NCBI GenBank assembly: GCA_964016885.1 | Contig: CAXHJY010000079.1 | Span: 124,001 to 188,000, forward strand | Reading direction: 5' to 3' | DNA length: 64,000 nucleotides | Source: Eledone cirrhosa | Taxonomy: Eukaryota | In this document: in pieces, positions 43,908-56,857 of the stretch | How positions within the stretch are numbered: the stretch's first letter is position 1 | Layout of the letters: the number at the start of each line of letters is the position of its first letter | Translations under genes and position numbers: made by a program | The notes under the pieces: generated by a model | What the model saw: only the letters and a program-made list of their open reading frames with translations | Told to the model about the DNA's origin: nothing | The model's database searches: none

Positions 43908-44786
43908 TATATTTACTATTCATCATCATTGTTTAACTTATCTGGTGTTTTTACCTCACAGATGTTCTGATACAGACCAAACAACTCTACTTCACTTATC
44001 TGGTGTTCTACTACAGATCAAATAACTCTACTCCAGTTCTCTGGTGTTTTTACCTTACAGATGTTCTACTACAGATCAAATAACTACTTCACTTCTCTCA
44101 TATATGTATAAAGATTTTAAAATAAGTAATTTTGTATTATAGATAAATGCAGGACAGTTTCAGGGGTTTGGTATCAAAAGGGTTAGTCTATTTTTACATT
44201 ATTTTAAGGTTGGGATTTGAGTGAGATTTGGCTATTATTTATAGCAGGTTAAGCAATAATAATTTACACGTCTGTATAGAGCTAGTAAGCCATGATAGAC
44301 TAGAGGAAATATCTAGTACTTCTTACAATTGATAAACAAAAATTTAGACAGAGATAAGTGAATATAAAAATAGAAATAAAAATAAATAAACAGGGAAAAC
44401 CAGCGGGAGGCAAAATAAGCATAAAAAAAGATAAATAAAAACTGGGAAGCAAGGGAAGCTGTAAAGCAGCTAGGGGGCTCCGTTGTTGAATCTTTTCCTA
44501 ACCTCTGTGTACTCAAAAATGTTGTTTATAGTTAGTTCTTTTACAATATATTGTATCTCCAATGTTGGTAGAATTTTAATGATTGTTAGTGTTAGACTGT
44601 TTTGGGCCAAGGGAGTCATCAAACCAGAGCTTATCCTGGTTTTATGAGGTGTTAAGTGACTCAGAGTATAAAACCTCTCAAACTCACAAAGAGGCAAAGA
44701 ATTGGTAGAGTCATGAGAACATCAGATAGAATGTTTTGTAGTATTCATTTCTGCTCTCTGAGTTCAAGTTCTGCCGAGGTCAACTT

Positions 44787-44787
<1 letters not shown>

Positions 44788-44827
<40 letters not shown>

Positions 44828-45070
44828 CAGCTCACACTTATGCAGGTTCAGCTGGCCTCCTCCAAGGTATATCTCATTAGAAGTGACTTGGGTGATTTAA
44901 TGATAGGGACCCCAGTCCTATCATCTCATTTCTACAGCTGAGTAAACTGGAGCAACGTGAAAATAAAGTGTCTTGCTCAAGGAAACAACACATCACCCGG
45001 TCCGAGAATTGAACTCACAACCTTTCGATTGCAAGCCCAATGCTCTAACCACTAAACCATGCGCTTTCAC
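44788..45070 (-). mobile_element. CORE-like SINE with (CA)n tail, nested in a family B SINE
   Basis: GTCAACTT is duplicated at 44779-44786 and 45073-45080; host SINE halves at about 44695-44786 and 45073-45137. Confidence 0.85.
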
Positions 45071-46098
45071 AAGTCAACTTTGCCTTTCATTGATTCAAGG
45101 TTGATAAAAAAGTACTAGTCAAGTAGTACTGGGGTTGATTCTTCCTCTATATCTCTTTCTCCCTTTCTCTCACTCTCTATCCTACTCTGGAAGAAATCTG
45201 CTTTGTTCAAACCTGGAGAGATATGGACTCTGCCAGGTTTTAAAAACGTCCTACAAAAACTGTGTCAATACGGCACCTCTACGACTCTCCCAGGAGTTAC
45301 GGGACCTTACATGCACTTCACGTTGGATGGGACACCAGACATCATAAGATCAACCTCAAGTTACTGCTAATAATATTTTCAGCTTGGTGGACTGTAACAA
45401 CATCAAATGATATATATATGGCTTGCTGTAGGACACAACACTTGACCTGGTCAGGGATTCAAACCCACAACCTCATGATTGTGATGTCAACACTTTAACC
45501 ACTAGTCTGTGTACCATTACAATAATGTCAACAATCTCTTCTAAGTTTACATACAGAAACATTGGTTCTTTGAACTGAGGTAAGCCTTGATCAAACAGTT
45601 TTATAATCAAAGGTGCTCCAACTGTGACCATCCTGATTTAAAAAAATGTTTCATTCTTGATTCAGTCATATCTTGGATTTGTCTTTCATTTTCTTAAGAC
45701 AGTAGAATGTGATTTAAGATGAGGAAGAAAAGGTTCAGCTGCTATTTCTAGCTGATTGAGCAACCATGTAGAAGTTCTCTGGTAGGCATTGGCTAATAGT
45801 AGGGCAGGAGTTTGACTACAGTAGAGTATGATTTAAGGTGAGGAGGAAAAGGTTCAACTGCTATTTCTAGCAGGTCCAATGACCATGTAGAGGTTTCCTG
45901 ATTGGCAGTGGTGGGGAAGTAGGTCTTCTATATCAGAGTGAAACATAGAAAATTACCAACATTCCATTCTGTTCTAAAGTGGGAGAGGGTAGGGGTTATC
46001 AGATATGTTTGTTATCTAGAGAGAGAGAGAAACCATATATATATATATATAAGTATTGGTGCGCTGATGTATATATCAGGGAAGGCGGCCGTTAACTG

Positions 46099-46166
<68 letters not shown>

Positions 46167-46296
46167 CAGCATCATTCCAGACATTAGTCTGGAACCCTTG
46201 TGTATAACTTAGTGGGAACTATTAGATAAATATTCAGGCCAAGGCATAACACTTTTAGCAGAGATCTCCCTCCTCTCCCTTAAACCTTCTCTCTAA

Positions 46297-46590
46297 ACAG
46301 TCACTTTGAGCTGCTAGAAATAGAAGCCAACACCTCACAGTTTTAGTAGAGACCTTGTTAATAAAGGAACTCCTACTAGACAGTCACTTTGACCTGCTAG
46401 AAATAGAAGCCAACACCTCACAGTTTTAGTAGAGACCTTGTTAATAAAGGAACTCCTACTAAACAGTCACTTTGACCTGCTAGAAATAGAAACCAACACT
46501 TCACAGTTTTAGTAGAGACCTTGTTAATAAAGGAACTCCTACTAGACAGTCACTTTGACCTGCTAGAAATAGAAGCCAACACCTCACAAT
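46297..46590. repeat. 83-bp tandem repeat x3.5
   Basis: ACAGTCACTTTGACCTGCTAGAAATAGAAGCC...GAACTCCTACTAG. Confidence 0.93.
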
Positions 46591-47625
46591 CTTTATATAA
46601 CAAAAGCTCACGTTAAATAATGTAACTATATATGTAATGCCTGAAATAAACACTGGATCATGGCTGTAATACCTTTGATCTTATATTGATTTACTTAATC
46701 AGGGATGACCTAGGGTTAAACAACAACAGTTAGGAACTGGACATAGCTTCTATTATTATAGGGTGTATATATGTACATACACAGATATACACACATATAC
46801 ACATATACACATACACAGATATACACACAGATATACACACATATACACACAGATATACACACATATACACACAGATATACACACATATACACACATATAC
46901 ACAGATATACACACAAATACATACATCATACACAGATTTATACAACCACACTCCCCCCACAAATGTATACACACAGACAGACACACTGACATTTATATAC
47001 ACATACACAAACATGCAGATATAGACATCTATACACACCACACACCACACACACAAAGACATATATATGTATATATGTACATGTTTGTCTATGTGTATAT
47101 ATCATCATCATCATCGTTTTAAATGATGATATATACACATATATACATACCCACACAAACACACACATACATACATATATATATATAAATATACCATCTA
47201 CCCTCACTCACACACATATATATACCATCTACCCTCACACATCCATAATCAATATAAAGAAATGAAAGAATTGATGTCATTGAGCAGAAATAATGGATGA
47301 CACCATATAATGAGGGGAATAAAAACATGTCACATCAAAGTAGTTTTTAAATGAGATCATTGTGACATTGTGTGGCACTGTATGACATTGTGTCCCTATG
47401 ACACTGTGTCACTGTGACATTGTAACAATGTGTGTCCGTGACACTGTTACTGTGACAGTGTGTATGTGACATTGACTGTGTCACTATGATAATGTGACAT
47501 AGTGTATCTGTGACACTGTAACAGTGACTGTGAAACCGTATTCTATAGATTCGTTTATATATACTGTACCATTTAGTAGTTAGAATATGGAAACCGTAAC
47601 TTTCCAAATCAATATTTATATATAT

Positions 47626-47917
47626 GAAGAACTCAGAGCTGTTCGGGAGCCTCTCAAAAGTCAGCTTGAGAGTGGCACAGAGGTGACTGAGGTTAGCTGG
47701 ACATGCTCACCGACATCCAGAGTTGACACTACACTCAATGCTCCTGTAAGAGCCCCTGCATGGACACACTGAAAGAGGAAGACCGAGGTTAAAGTATGTT
47801 GATGTCCTAAGGACAGATACTGGTCTCTTGGAGACGCAGGGTTTGTCAGCGATAATGAGCGACAGAGACGCTGGAGAGAACTCGTCGATGGATCTCGGGA
47901 ATTTTAGCCGCCCTAGA
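47626..47917 (+). mobile_element. LINE 3' end, homologue of 36055-36352
   Basis: Reverse-complement match ending GGAATTTTAGCCGCCCTAGAT. Confidence 0.86.
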
Positions 47918-49127
47918 TATGTATATATAACTTAAATTATACATTTATATACAAGAGAAAAATAGACGTAATCTGACTGTATAATGTGGAATTGAACGTC
48001 GCATCTACAGACAGTAAAACTGTTTTCTGATATACATTAAAATATAGAAGGAAGGAAAGAAGTCAGTTGTCAGGTCAAACCTAGGAAATAATGTTTCAAT
48101 TGGTCTTTCTTTGCTGAAACTTTCTGTCAGTCATATCAGTGAGAAATAAAGTATTTCTTAACATAAACCCAACATGTCATCCAGACTGGGGATCAAACCC
48201 TTGACCTTATGATCGTCTCTCACCCTAACCAGTAGTTAAACATGAGGGATGTCTCTGCAGAACTAAGTGAAGAACAACTCAACTAGTTTCCGAAATCAGT
48301 GACAAAAAACAAAATAAAAACACTTCCAAAGCACCACAACTGCACATTCAACTACAACTGCACAATAGTGAAACATCACTTCCAAAGTATAACAAATGCA
48401 CCTGAGAAATAACTGCATTTCTGAAATAGTCTAACTGCACTGACAAAATGACAACTCGATATTTGAAATTGTACAACTGCACTTAAAAAAAAAAAGAATT
48501 ACAGCACTTCGAAAATAGCAGAATTGCATTTCAAGTTAATATGCACAACTGGATTTCTGATATTCTAAAACTGCACTCTCAAAATAACATGTGCACATAA
48601 TGCACTTTCAAAATAACATAATGCATTTTCAAAATAATAAAATTGTATCTTCAAAAGAATATGCACAAATGTACTTCTAAAATAAAACTATACTTTTGAA
48701 ATGTCACTATTACATTTTTGTGACTGTATAACTACACTTTTCAGAATAATGGTTTTTGATTTAAGGACAAGGCCAACAATTTTTGGAGGAGTGTAATGTA
48801 TTTCTAAAATGTTGGGCTAGTCATGTCTGGAATCTCTTAGATCACACATCTGTTTAATGAGAGCTGACTAGGAGATAAACAACAACTACAACAACAATCT
48901 GAAACATTTTATTAAGATTACTGTAGGTTATGTTACTCCTAACATTTAAGCTACGTGGTCTTTATTACAAACAGTGGGGATTTTAGCTGCTTCATTGAGA
49001 GGCCTCCTTCATTAGAGCCCTAGAAATAGACTTTACTTGTGTAAACTTTTGACAGAAATGTAGGATGTAAGAACTAAATTATTACACAGTTGTACTGTAT
49101 CTAGCTAGTTTAAACTAGTTGTACCAT

Positions 49128-49600
49128 ATCACTACATGTTGTATAAGGTGACTAAAGGGGAGTTATTACACCACATCACTACATGTATAAGGTGACTAAA
49201 TGGGAGTTATTACACCACATCACTACATGTATAAGGTGACTAAAAGGGAGTTATTACACCACATCACTACATGTATAAGGTGACTAAAAGGGAGTTATTA
49301 CACCACATCACTACATGTATAAGGTGACTAAAAGGGAGTTATTACACCACATCACTACATGTATAAGGTGACTAAAAGGGAGTTATTACACCACATCACT
49401 ACATGTATAAGGTGACTAAAAGGGAGTTATTACACCACATCACTACATGTATAAGGTGACTAAAAGGGAGTTATTACACCACATCGCTACATGTATAAGG
49501 TGACTAAAAGGGAGTTATTACACCACATCACTACATGTATAAGGTGACTAAAGGGGAGTTATTACACCACATCACTACATGTATAAGGTGACTAAAAGGG
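49128..49600. repeat. 44-bp minisatellite, about 10.5 units
   Basis: Unit ATCACTACATGTATAAGGTGACTAAAAGGGAGTTATTACACCAC. Confidence 0.96.
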
Positions 49601-49779
49601 TTGCTACAAGGAAGAGCATCTGGGTGTAAAAACATTGCATTGAAAAGGATCCCATAGTGGGTATGAAGCTTATTATGGGACCCACAAGCTGCTTTACGCT
49701 AGGAAGATGGCCTTAAAATGCTGGTTGTTGTAGAATAGTTGCACTCTCCAAAATAACATAACTTCAGTACTACTGTTAA

Positions 49780-50841
49780 TTCAACACAGTACCACTGCCG
49801 TACCACTCCACTTTCAACACAGCACCACTCCACTTTCAACACAGTACCACTCCACTTTCAACACAGTACCACTCCACTTTCAACACAGTACCACTCCACT
49901 TTCAACACAGTACCACTCCACTTTCAACACAGCACCACTACACTTTCAACACAGCACCACTCCACTTTCAACACAGTACCACTCCACTTTCAACACGGTA
50001 CCACTCCACTTTCAACACGGTACCACTCCACTTTCAACACAGCACCACTCCACTTTCAACACTGCACCACTCCACTTTCAACACTGCACCACTCCACTTT
50101 CAACACTGCACCACTCCACTTTCAACACTGCACCGCTACACTTTCAACACAGCACCGCTACACTTTCAACACTGCACCGCTACACTTTCAACACTGCACC
50201 GCTACACTTTCAACACAGCACCGCTACACTTTCAACACAGCACCGCTACACTTTCAACACTGCACCGCTACACTTTCAACACTGCACTGCTACACTTTCA
50301 ACACTGCACCACTACACTTTCAACACTGCACCACTACACTTTCAACACTGCACCGCTACACTTTCAACACTGCACCGCTACACTTTCAACACTGCACCAC
50401 TACACTTTCAACACTGCACCACTACACTTTCAACACAGCACCGCTACACTTTCAACACTGCACCGCTACACTTTCAACACTGCACCGCTACACTTTCAAC
50501 ACTGCACCGCTACACTTTCAACACTGCACCGCTACACTTTCAACACAGCACCGCTACACTTTCAACACTGCATCACTACACTTTCAACACTGCACTGCTA
50601 CACTTTCAACACAGCACCACTTCACTTTCAACACTGCACCGCTACACTTTCAACACTGCACCGCTACACTTTCAACACTGCACCACTACACTTTCAACAC
50701 TGCACCGCTCCACTTTCAACACTGCACCGCTACACTTTCAACACTGCACCACTACACTTTCAACACAGTACCACTCCACTTTCAACACAGTACCACTCCA
50801 CTTTCAACACAGTACCACTCCACTTTCAACACAGTACCACT
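49780..50841. repeat. 22-bp minisatellite, about 48 units
   Basis: Unit TTCAACACWGYACCRCTMCACT. Confidence 0.97.
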
Positions 50842-51886
50842 TTAATTTCAAAATACTCCAACTGCATCTCTAAAATAACGCAGCAGCACTTTCAAAACAA
50901 CACAATATCATTTTCACTGCGTTACAACTCCAAATTCTGTTTATAAAATCTACCTAATGGTGGTGATGATGATGTCAGCAGTGGGAGCATACAAGAATTG
51001 CTGAGTGATTCATTGGGTTGTATCCCTGAGTTCAATTCCTGCCAATATCCAATCTAATTAACATAAACCAGATATGAAAACTTTTCTCCATGGATCTCTG
51101 GTTATTCATGAAAAGAATGAGAAGAATGTTTGGTCAGAGAGGAATAAAATGGTGTTGGTACCAGCAGAAATGTGTGAAGATGTCCAAGAGATAAAGGTGT
51201 TAAGTTGGTTGTAGTGAAAGTTGTACACAAGGAATGCAAAACCAAGTGAAAGGGTTAAAGACAGCAAATTCTCACAGAATATCTCAGACAAATTATTTAA
51301 ACATTTTCTTTCAATGTTGTTGTTATTGTTGTTGTTATTTAGTGATGATCGTGGCGACAATGGTGGAGATGGTGATATGGGTGATGATGATGATGGTGAT
51401 GGTGGTGATACTGGTGGTGATTGTGGTGATGGTGGTGATGGCAGTAATGGTAGTGATGGTGTTGATGGTAGTAATGGTAGTGATGGTGTTGATGGTAGTG
51501 ATGATTGGTGAGTGATTGGCAGGAGATTTGGCAGCTATTTCTAATTGATAAATTGACCATGTTAGAATTGTTGATATACCTAACACTTCATAGACCTTCT
51601 ATTTATTCTTTGAATTAATTATTATTATTACTATTATTATTATTATTAAGGGTGGTAGATTGGCAAAATCATTTGAGAGCCAGACAAGTGCTTTGCAGTA
51701 TCTATTCTAGCTCTTTATGTGCCAAGTTCAAATTCCACCAAAGCCAACTTTAACTTTCATCCCCCTGGGGGTTGATAAAATATAGTACCAGTTAAGTATT
51801 GTGTTCAATGAAATTGACTATCTCTGCCCTCAAAATTGCTGGCCTTGTGCCTAAATTAAAAACCTCTATTATTATTAAAAAAGATT

Positions 51887-52074
51887 GGGGATTGGCAGTA
51901 TTGGTAGAAGGTCGGACACCATGCTTTGCAGCATAGAGTTATGTCCCTTTATAGTTTGAGTTCAAATCCCGCCGAAGTTCACTTTGCCTTTCATCCTTTA
52001 TGGAGTCGATAAAATAAAGTACCAGTAATGGCACTGGGTAATCGCTGGCCTTGTGCCAAATGTAGAAACAATTA
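51887..52074 (+). mobile_element. SINE family B
   Basis: Reverse complement of the 41669-41851 type; an older copy lies at about 51650-51860. Confidence 0.85.
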
Positions 52075-53188
52075 TTAAAAAAAGAAAATATTCTAAAACT
52101 TCCTGATTGTAATTCATTAAAATTATGAGCAGGAAGAGATTAAATAGAAACACAAATGATGGTGTAGAATAAAGTATTATATATAACTGATGTTTAAGGC
52201 ACACCTTTTTACTGAAAATATGACATAAAACCCAGCATGGAATTTACAGATGACCATTTAGGCCTACAAAAGATCGTTTCAAAATATATGTTGTTAGGAG
52301 AGGAGATACATCTGTTGTATAAGTTGGTGGGACTTAGTTTAGTTCACCAACAGAGCTTTCATTGTTGGCTAACTTCCGCTTAAAGTAGAATTCAAAAGGT
52401 GCTTGTATAGTCCTTAACCACACAATATGATCACATACAACCCTATATATACACAGACATGTGTATATACATACACACATATGTATGCTCATACACACCC
52501 ATGTATATATATACACACACATATGTATGATCACACACACCCATATATATATATACACACTCACACACACCCATATATATATATATATATACACACTCAC
52601 ACACACATATATATAAATATATATATATTATATATACAAATATACACAAGTAAATACATGCATACATGTGATATCATCATCATCATTTCTACATCCGTTT
52701 TGTTTTTTTTCATATACGTATATACGTATACACATGTACATACACAAATATACACACACATATATACACCTAAGCATAGACATGCATACACTCAGAAACA
52801 TATACATACAAACATGTACATATATATACACACATATATACACAAACATATACAAACAAATGTACACATATAGAAACATATATACACATACATATATACA
52901 CATACATATACAAACACATATACACAAACATATACAAACAAACATGTACAGATATACAAACATATGCACATATATACACACATACATACATATATACACA
53001 TATACATACACATACATACATATATACACATACATATACAAATACATATACACATACATACACACATACATACACAAACATGTACATACATGCACACATT
53101 TGGGATGTAAAGAATTAGTACAATGCCCCAGTATATATCATATTTTTCAGGAATATCTTACTAATGCGGTTTCATGTGGTACAGGATG

Positions 53189-53983
53189 TTAAGAGTAGCA
53201 TTTAAACCAGCTGTATCCGGCCATAATTCTCAACCTCTTTCTGTTCAAACCAGCTGTAACCGGCCACTCATACTGATGTTAAGGTATTATTCTCAAAATA
53301 AATATCAAAATCTCATAGATTCAATATTATGTGAGGTATTATGTAAGAGAAAACCTTTACTGTGAAAATACAATAGTATATATAGAGTAATGTAAATGTT
53401 ATGTGAGATATTATGTGAGGTAAAGCCTTTACTGTGAAAATACAATAGTATATATAGAGTAATGTAAATGTTATGTGAGATATTATGTGAGGTAAAGCCT
53501 TTACTGTGAAAATACAATAGTATATATAGAGTAATGTAAATGTTATGTGAGATATTATGTGAGGTAAAGCCTTTACTGTGAAAATACAATAGTATATATA
53601 GAGTAATGTAAATGTTATGTGAGATATTATGTGAGATAAAGTCTTTACTGTGAAAATACAATAGTATATATAGAGTAATGTAAATGTTATGTGAGATATG
53701 TGAGATAAAGTCTTTACTGTGAAAATACAATAGTATATATAGAGTAATGTAAATGTTATGCGAGATATTATGTGAGGTAAAGCCTTTACTGTGAAAATAC
53801 AATAGTATATATAGAGTAATGTAAATGTTATGTGAGGTATTATGTGAGGTAAAGTCTTTACTGTGAAAATACAATAGTACATATAGAGTAATGTAAATGT
53901 TATGTGAGATATTATGTGAGGTAAAGCCTTTACTGTGAAAATACAATAGTATATATAGAGTAATGTAAATGCTAAAGGGTTAA
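53189..53983 (+). mobile_element. piggyBac-type MITE with an internal 72-bp unit amplified about 9x
   Basis: Body matches 62035-62247; right end TAAATGCTAAAGGG-TTAA; left TIR decayed. Confidence 0.85.
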
Positions 53984-54019
53984 AGTATTATATTCACTTA
54001 TTTATTATTAGACACAGAT

Positions 54020-54134
54020 TGAGTTCAAATCCCACTGAGGTTAACTTTGCCTTTCATCCTTACGGGGTCGATAAAATAAAGTACCAGTAATAAACTGGGT
54101 TTGTGCTGGCCTTGTGCCTAACGTAGAAACAATT
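54020..54134 (+). mobile_element. SINE family B fragment
   Basis: GAGTTCAAATCCC...GCCTTTCATCCTTACGGGGTCGATAAAATAAAGTACCAG. Confidence 0.85.
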
Positions 54135-54493
54135 ATTATTATTTAATATTTTATCTCTAGATTGGTAAAGACAAAGATTTGACCGAAATACTTTGCACTA
54201 GAGTGTCTTATTAATGTGGTTTTCTGTGGTACAGGATATTAGGAATTAAGTAATTTACAGCTGTTCTATGTTCACCAATTCCATCCTTCTTGTATTGTCA
54301 CTGATTTGCTGTAGTAATCATGTTGAATGTCAAGGAATCAGTGGAGTTTTGTACCTGTATGTTACCAACTATTTATTTAGTTAATCAATTTAAACACCTA
54401 TGTAGCACAGGTAAAACATGACAGACCTGAGGAAAGGTATTTAATACTACCTTGAAATATGAACCAGAGAGAGAACAAAGAAGGAAGATTAAG

Positions 54494-54612
<119 letters not shown>

Positions 54613-54959
54613 AACATTAAGAAAAAGGTAAACAAAGACAGCTATATAGCCGTTAAATGTTTCTGTAGCTGAATATTTTGCTAACCTCCATATATTGGAA
54701 GATCTTGTTTATAGTTGGTAGGTCTTAGACAAAGTATTGTGCCTCCAATCTAGGGAAGTTGGTATCATGTGATATCATCTAAACTAATTAGGGTCTCAAT
54801 TATAAAATATATTTAGCTGTTATTTTCTGATGTTTCTTTTTATTATTAAATTACGAACATTGTTCTGGGCTTAGAGGAAGAGGGAGTTATCTTTAGACTT
54901 GATACCTGGCCTGAACAGCTGTAACAGAGTGATGGGGGACTTCATTGAAGGCTAATGAG

Positions 54960-55124
54960 GGACCATGTGAGGGTGTTAAACAGGGTGACAGATTGTAAAA
55001 GAGGGAGACTTTACTGAAGGTCACCCAAGGACCAGGTGAGGGTGTTAAACAGGGTGACAGATTGTAAAAGAGGGAGACTTTACTGAAGGTCACCCAAGAA
55101 CCAGGTGAGGGTGTTAAACAGGGT
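54960..55124. repeat. 69-bp tandem repeat x2.4
   Basis: GAGGGTGTTAAACAGGGTGACAGATTGTAAAAGAGGGAGACTTTACTGAAGGTCACCC... Confidence 0.9.
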
Positions 55125-55614
55125 TTAATTACATTTACTCTGCTAAATTTATTTACTAAAATTATTAATTATTTCATTCGTAAGATAACATATGGTTCTT
55201 AAATTATGTTGGAAGATTTCAAATTTAATAAGAAACTTTACAACGGGTGGCATTGTTTTTATAGAACTAGAGACAGTTTTGGGTGGGTGGATATAAAAAG
55301 GGTTAAATTACACACTACTACTGCCTGAGAAGTGTGTGGGGTGGGTGTCAGCTAGAATGAATATCTTTAATTATAGATCTGTTGGATAAACAACAACAAC
55401 CACAAAAACAACATTCTGGTGGAAATGTAGAGAAAACAGAGATGTCCACAGAGTAACAACATTTTAAATAAGACTCTTATGTCACATGAGTTAGATTGTT
55501 ACAAGATGAGCTTAGTAGTTTTATCAATGTGTATGTACTACACACACACACATACATGTATATACACATACACTCACTCACTCACTCCCTGTCTCTCTCT
55601 CTCTCTCTCACACA

Positions 55615-55670
<56 letters not shown>

Positions 55671-55953
55671 CATTCACACACATATATATACACACACACT
55701 CACTGTCACACACATTTCATGGCAATATCTTATATCTACAATATATCCACACTGAGCCTCATTCACGTACAGATACACACATGCATATATACATGTACAC
55801 ATACACACACACAACTGTAGATCGAGGTACACACACTCACACACATAGAATTATAGAGAGATATACACATACACACATATATATTCACACACTCACAGTT
55901 GCAGATAGATGCACATACACATATTATATATATATAGAGAGAGATAGATATAA

Positions 55954-56110
55954 TGGAGGCACATGGCTTAGTGGTTAGAGCATTGGCCTTGCAATCGAAA
56001 GGTTGTGAGTTCAATTCTCAGGCCGGGTGATGTGTTGTTTCCTTGAGCAAGACTCTTTATTTCACATTGCACCAGTTTACTCAGCTGTAGAAATGAGATG
56101 ATAGGGACTG
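55954..56110 (+). mobile_element. CORE-like SINE, 3'-truncated
   Basis: GGAGGCACATGGCTTAGTGGTTAGAGC...GAGTTCAATTC...TTCCTTGAGCAAGAC. Confidence 0.88.
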
Positions 56111-56122
56111 TCCAAGTCAGTC

Positions 56123-56173
56123 AGCTTCCTGATGATTTCTCACGAATGAAACAGTTCTAGTCCTGTAGAAGCT
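56123..56173 (+). ncRNA. Complete type I hammerhead ribozyme motif
   Basis: AGCTTC-CTGATGA-TTTC-TCAC-GAAT-GAA-ACAG-TTCTAGTC-CTGT-A-GAAGCT: 6-bp stem I, 4-bp stem III, GUA triplet, U.U at 10.1/11.1. Confidence 0.85.
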
Positions 56174-56573
56174 TTTCTATATTAAATATATATATGTATA
56201 TATATGATGATATATACCCTTCAATGGTTCTTTATATTATATACAATGAAGGATTAATGAAAGCAATGTTGACATGGGTGTGGTCTTGAATTAAGAACAT
56301 AAAGAGACACAGGATGCTCTACCGGTTCTGTGATCTCCCAGCCTATTTCTTAAGTTTCATTAAACATAAGTAGCAGGATTATATTGTATTATATATAACA
56401 GACTATCTCCTTACCAGACCTTTACTGAATACATAGAGAAAATACCTGGGTAGAGAATGGGTGGGACTTAGAAGTGATGTAGAAACATGTGAAGGGCTAA
56501 CTAAGAATGTAGTGTGTTGAACTGTGTGTATGTGTGTGGTTATATATGTATATATGTATGTGTGAACGCATAG

Positions 56574-56621
<48 letters not shown>

Positions 56622-56734
56622 ATATATAAATATATATAAATGTGTCTGTGGGTTTGTATAAATATGTGTATGTGTGTGTGTATGTATGTGTGTATATATA
56701 CATATATATATATACATATATATATATATACATC

Positions 56735-56770
<36 letters not shown>

Positions 56771-56806
56771 TTATGAAGCTAGACAAAGAGAATTGGTACA
56801 ACTTCA

Positions 56807-56857
<51 letters not shown>

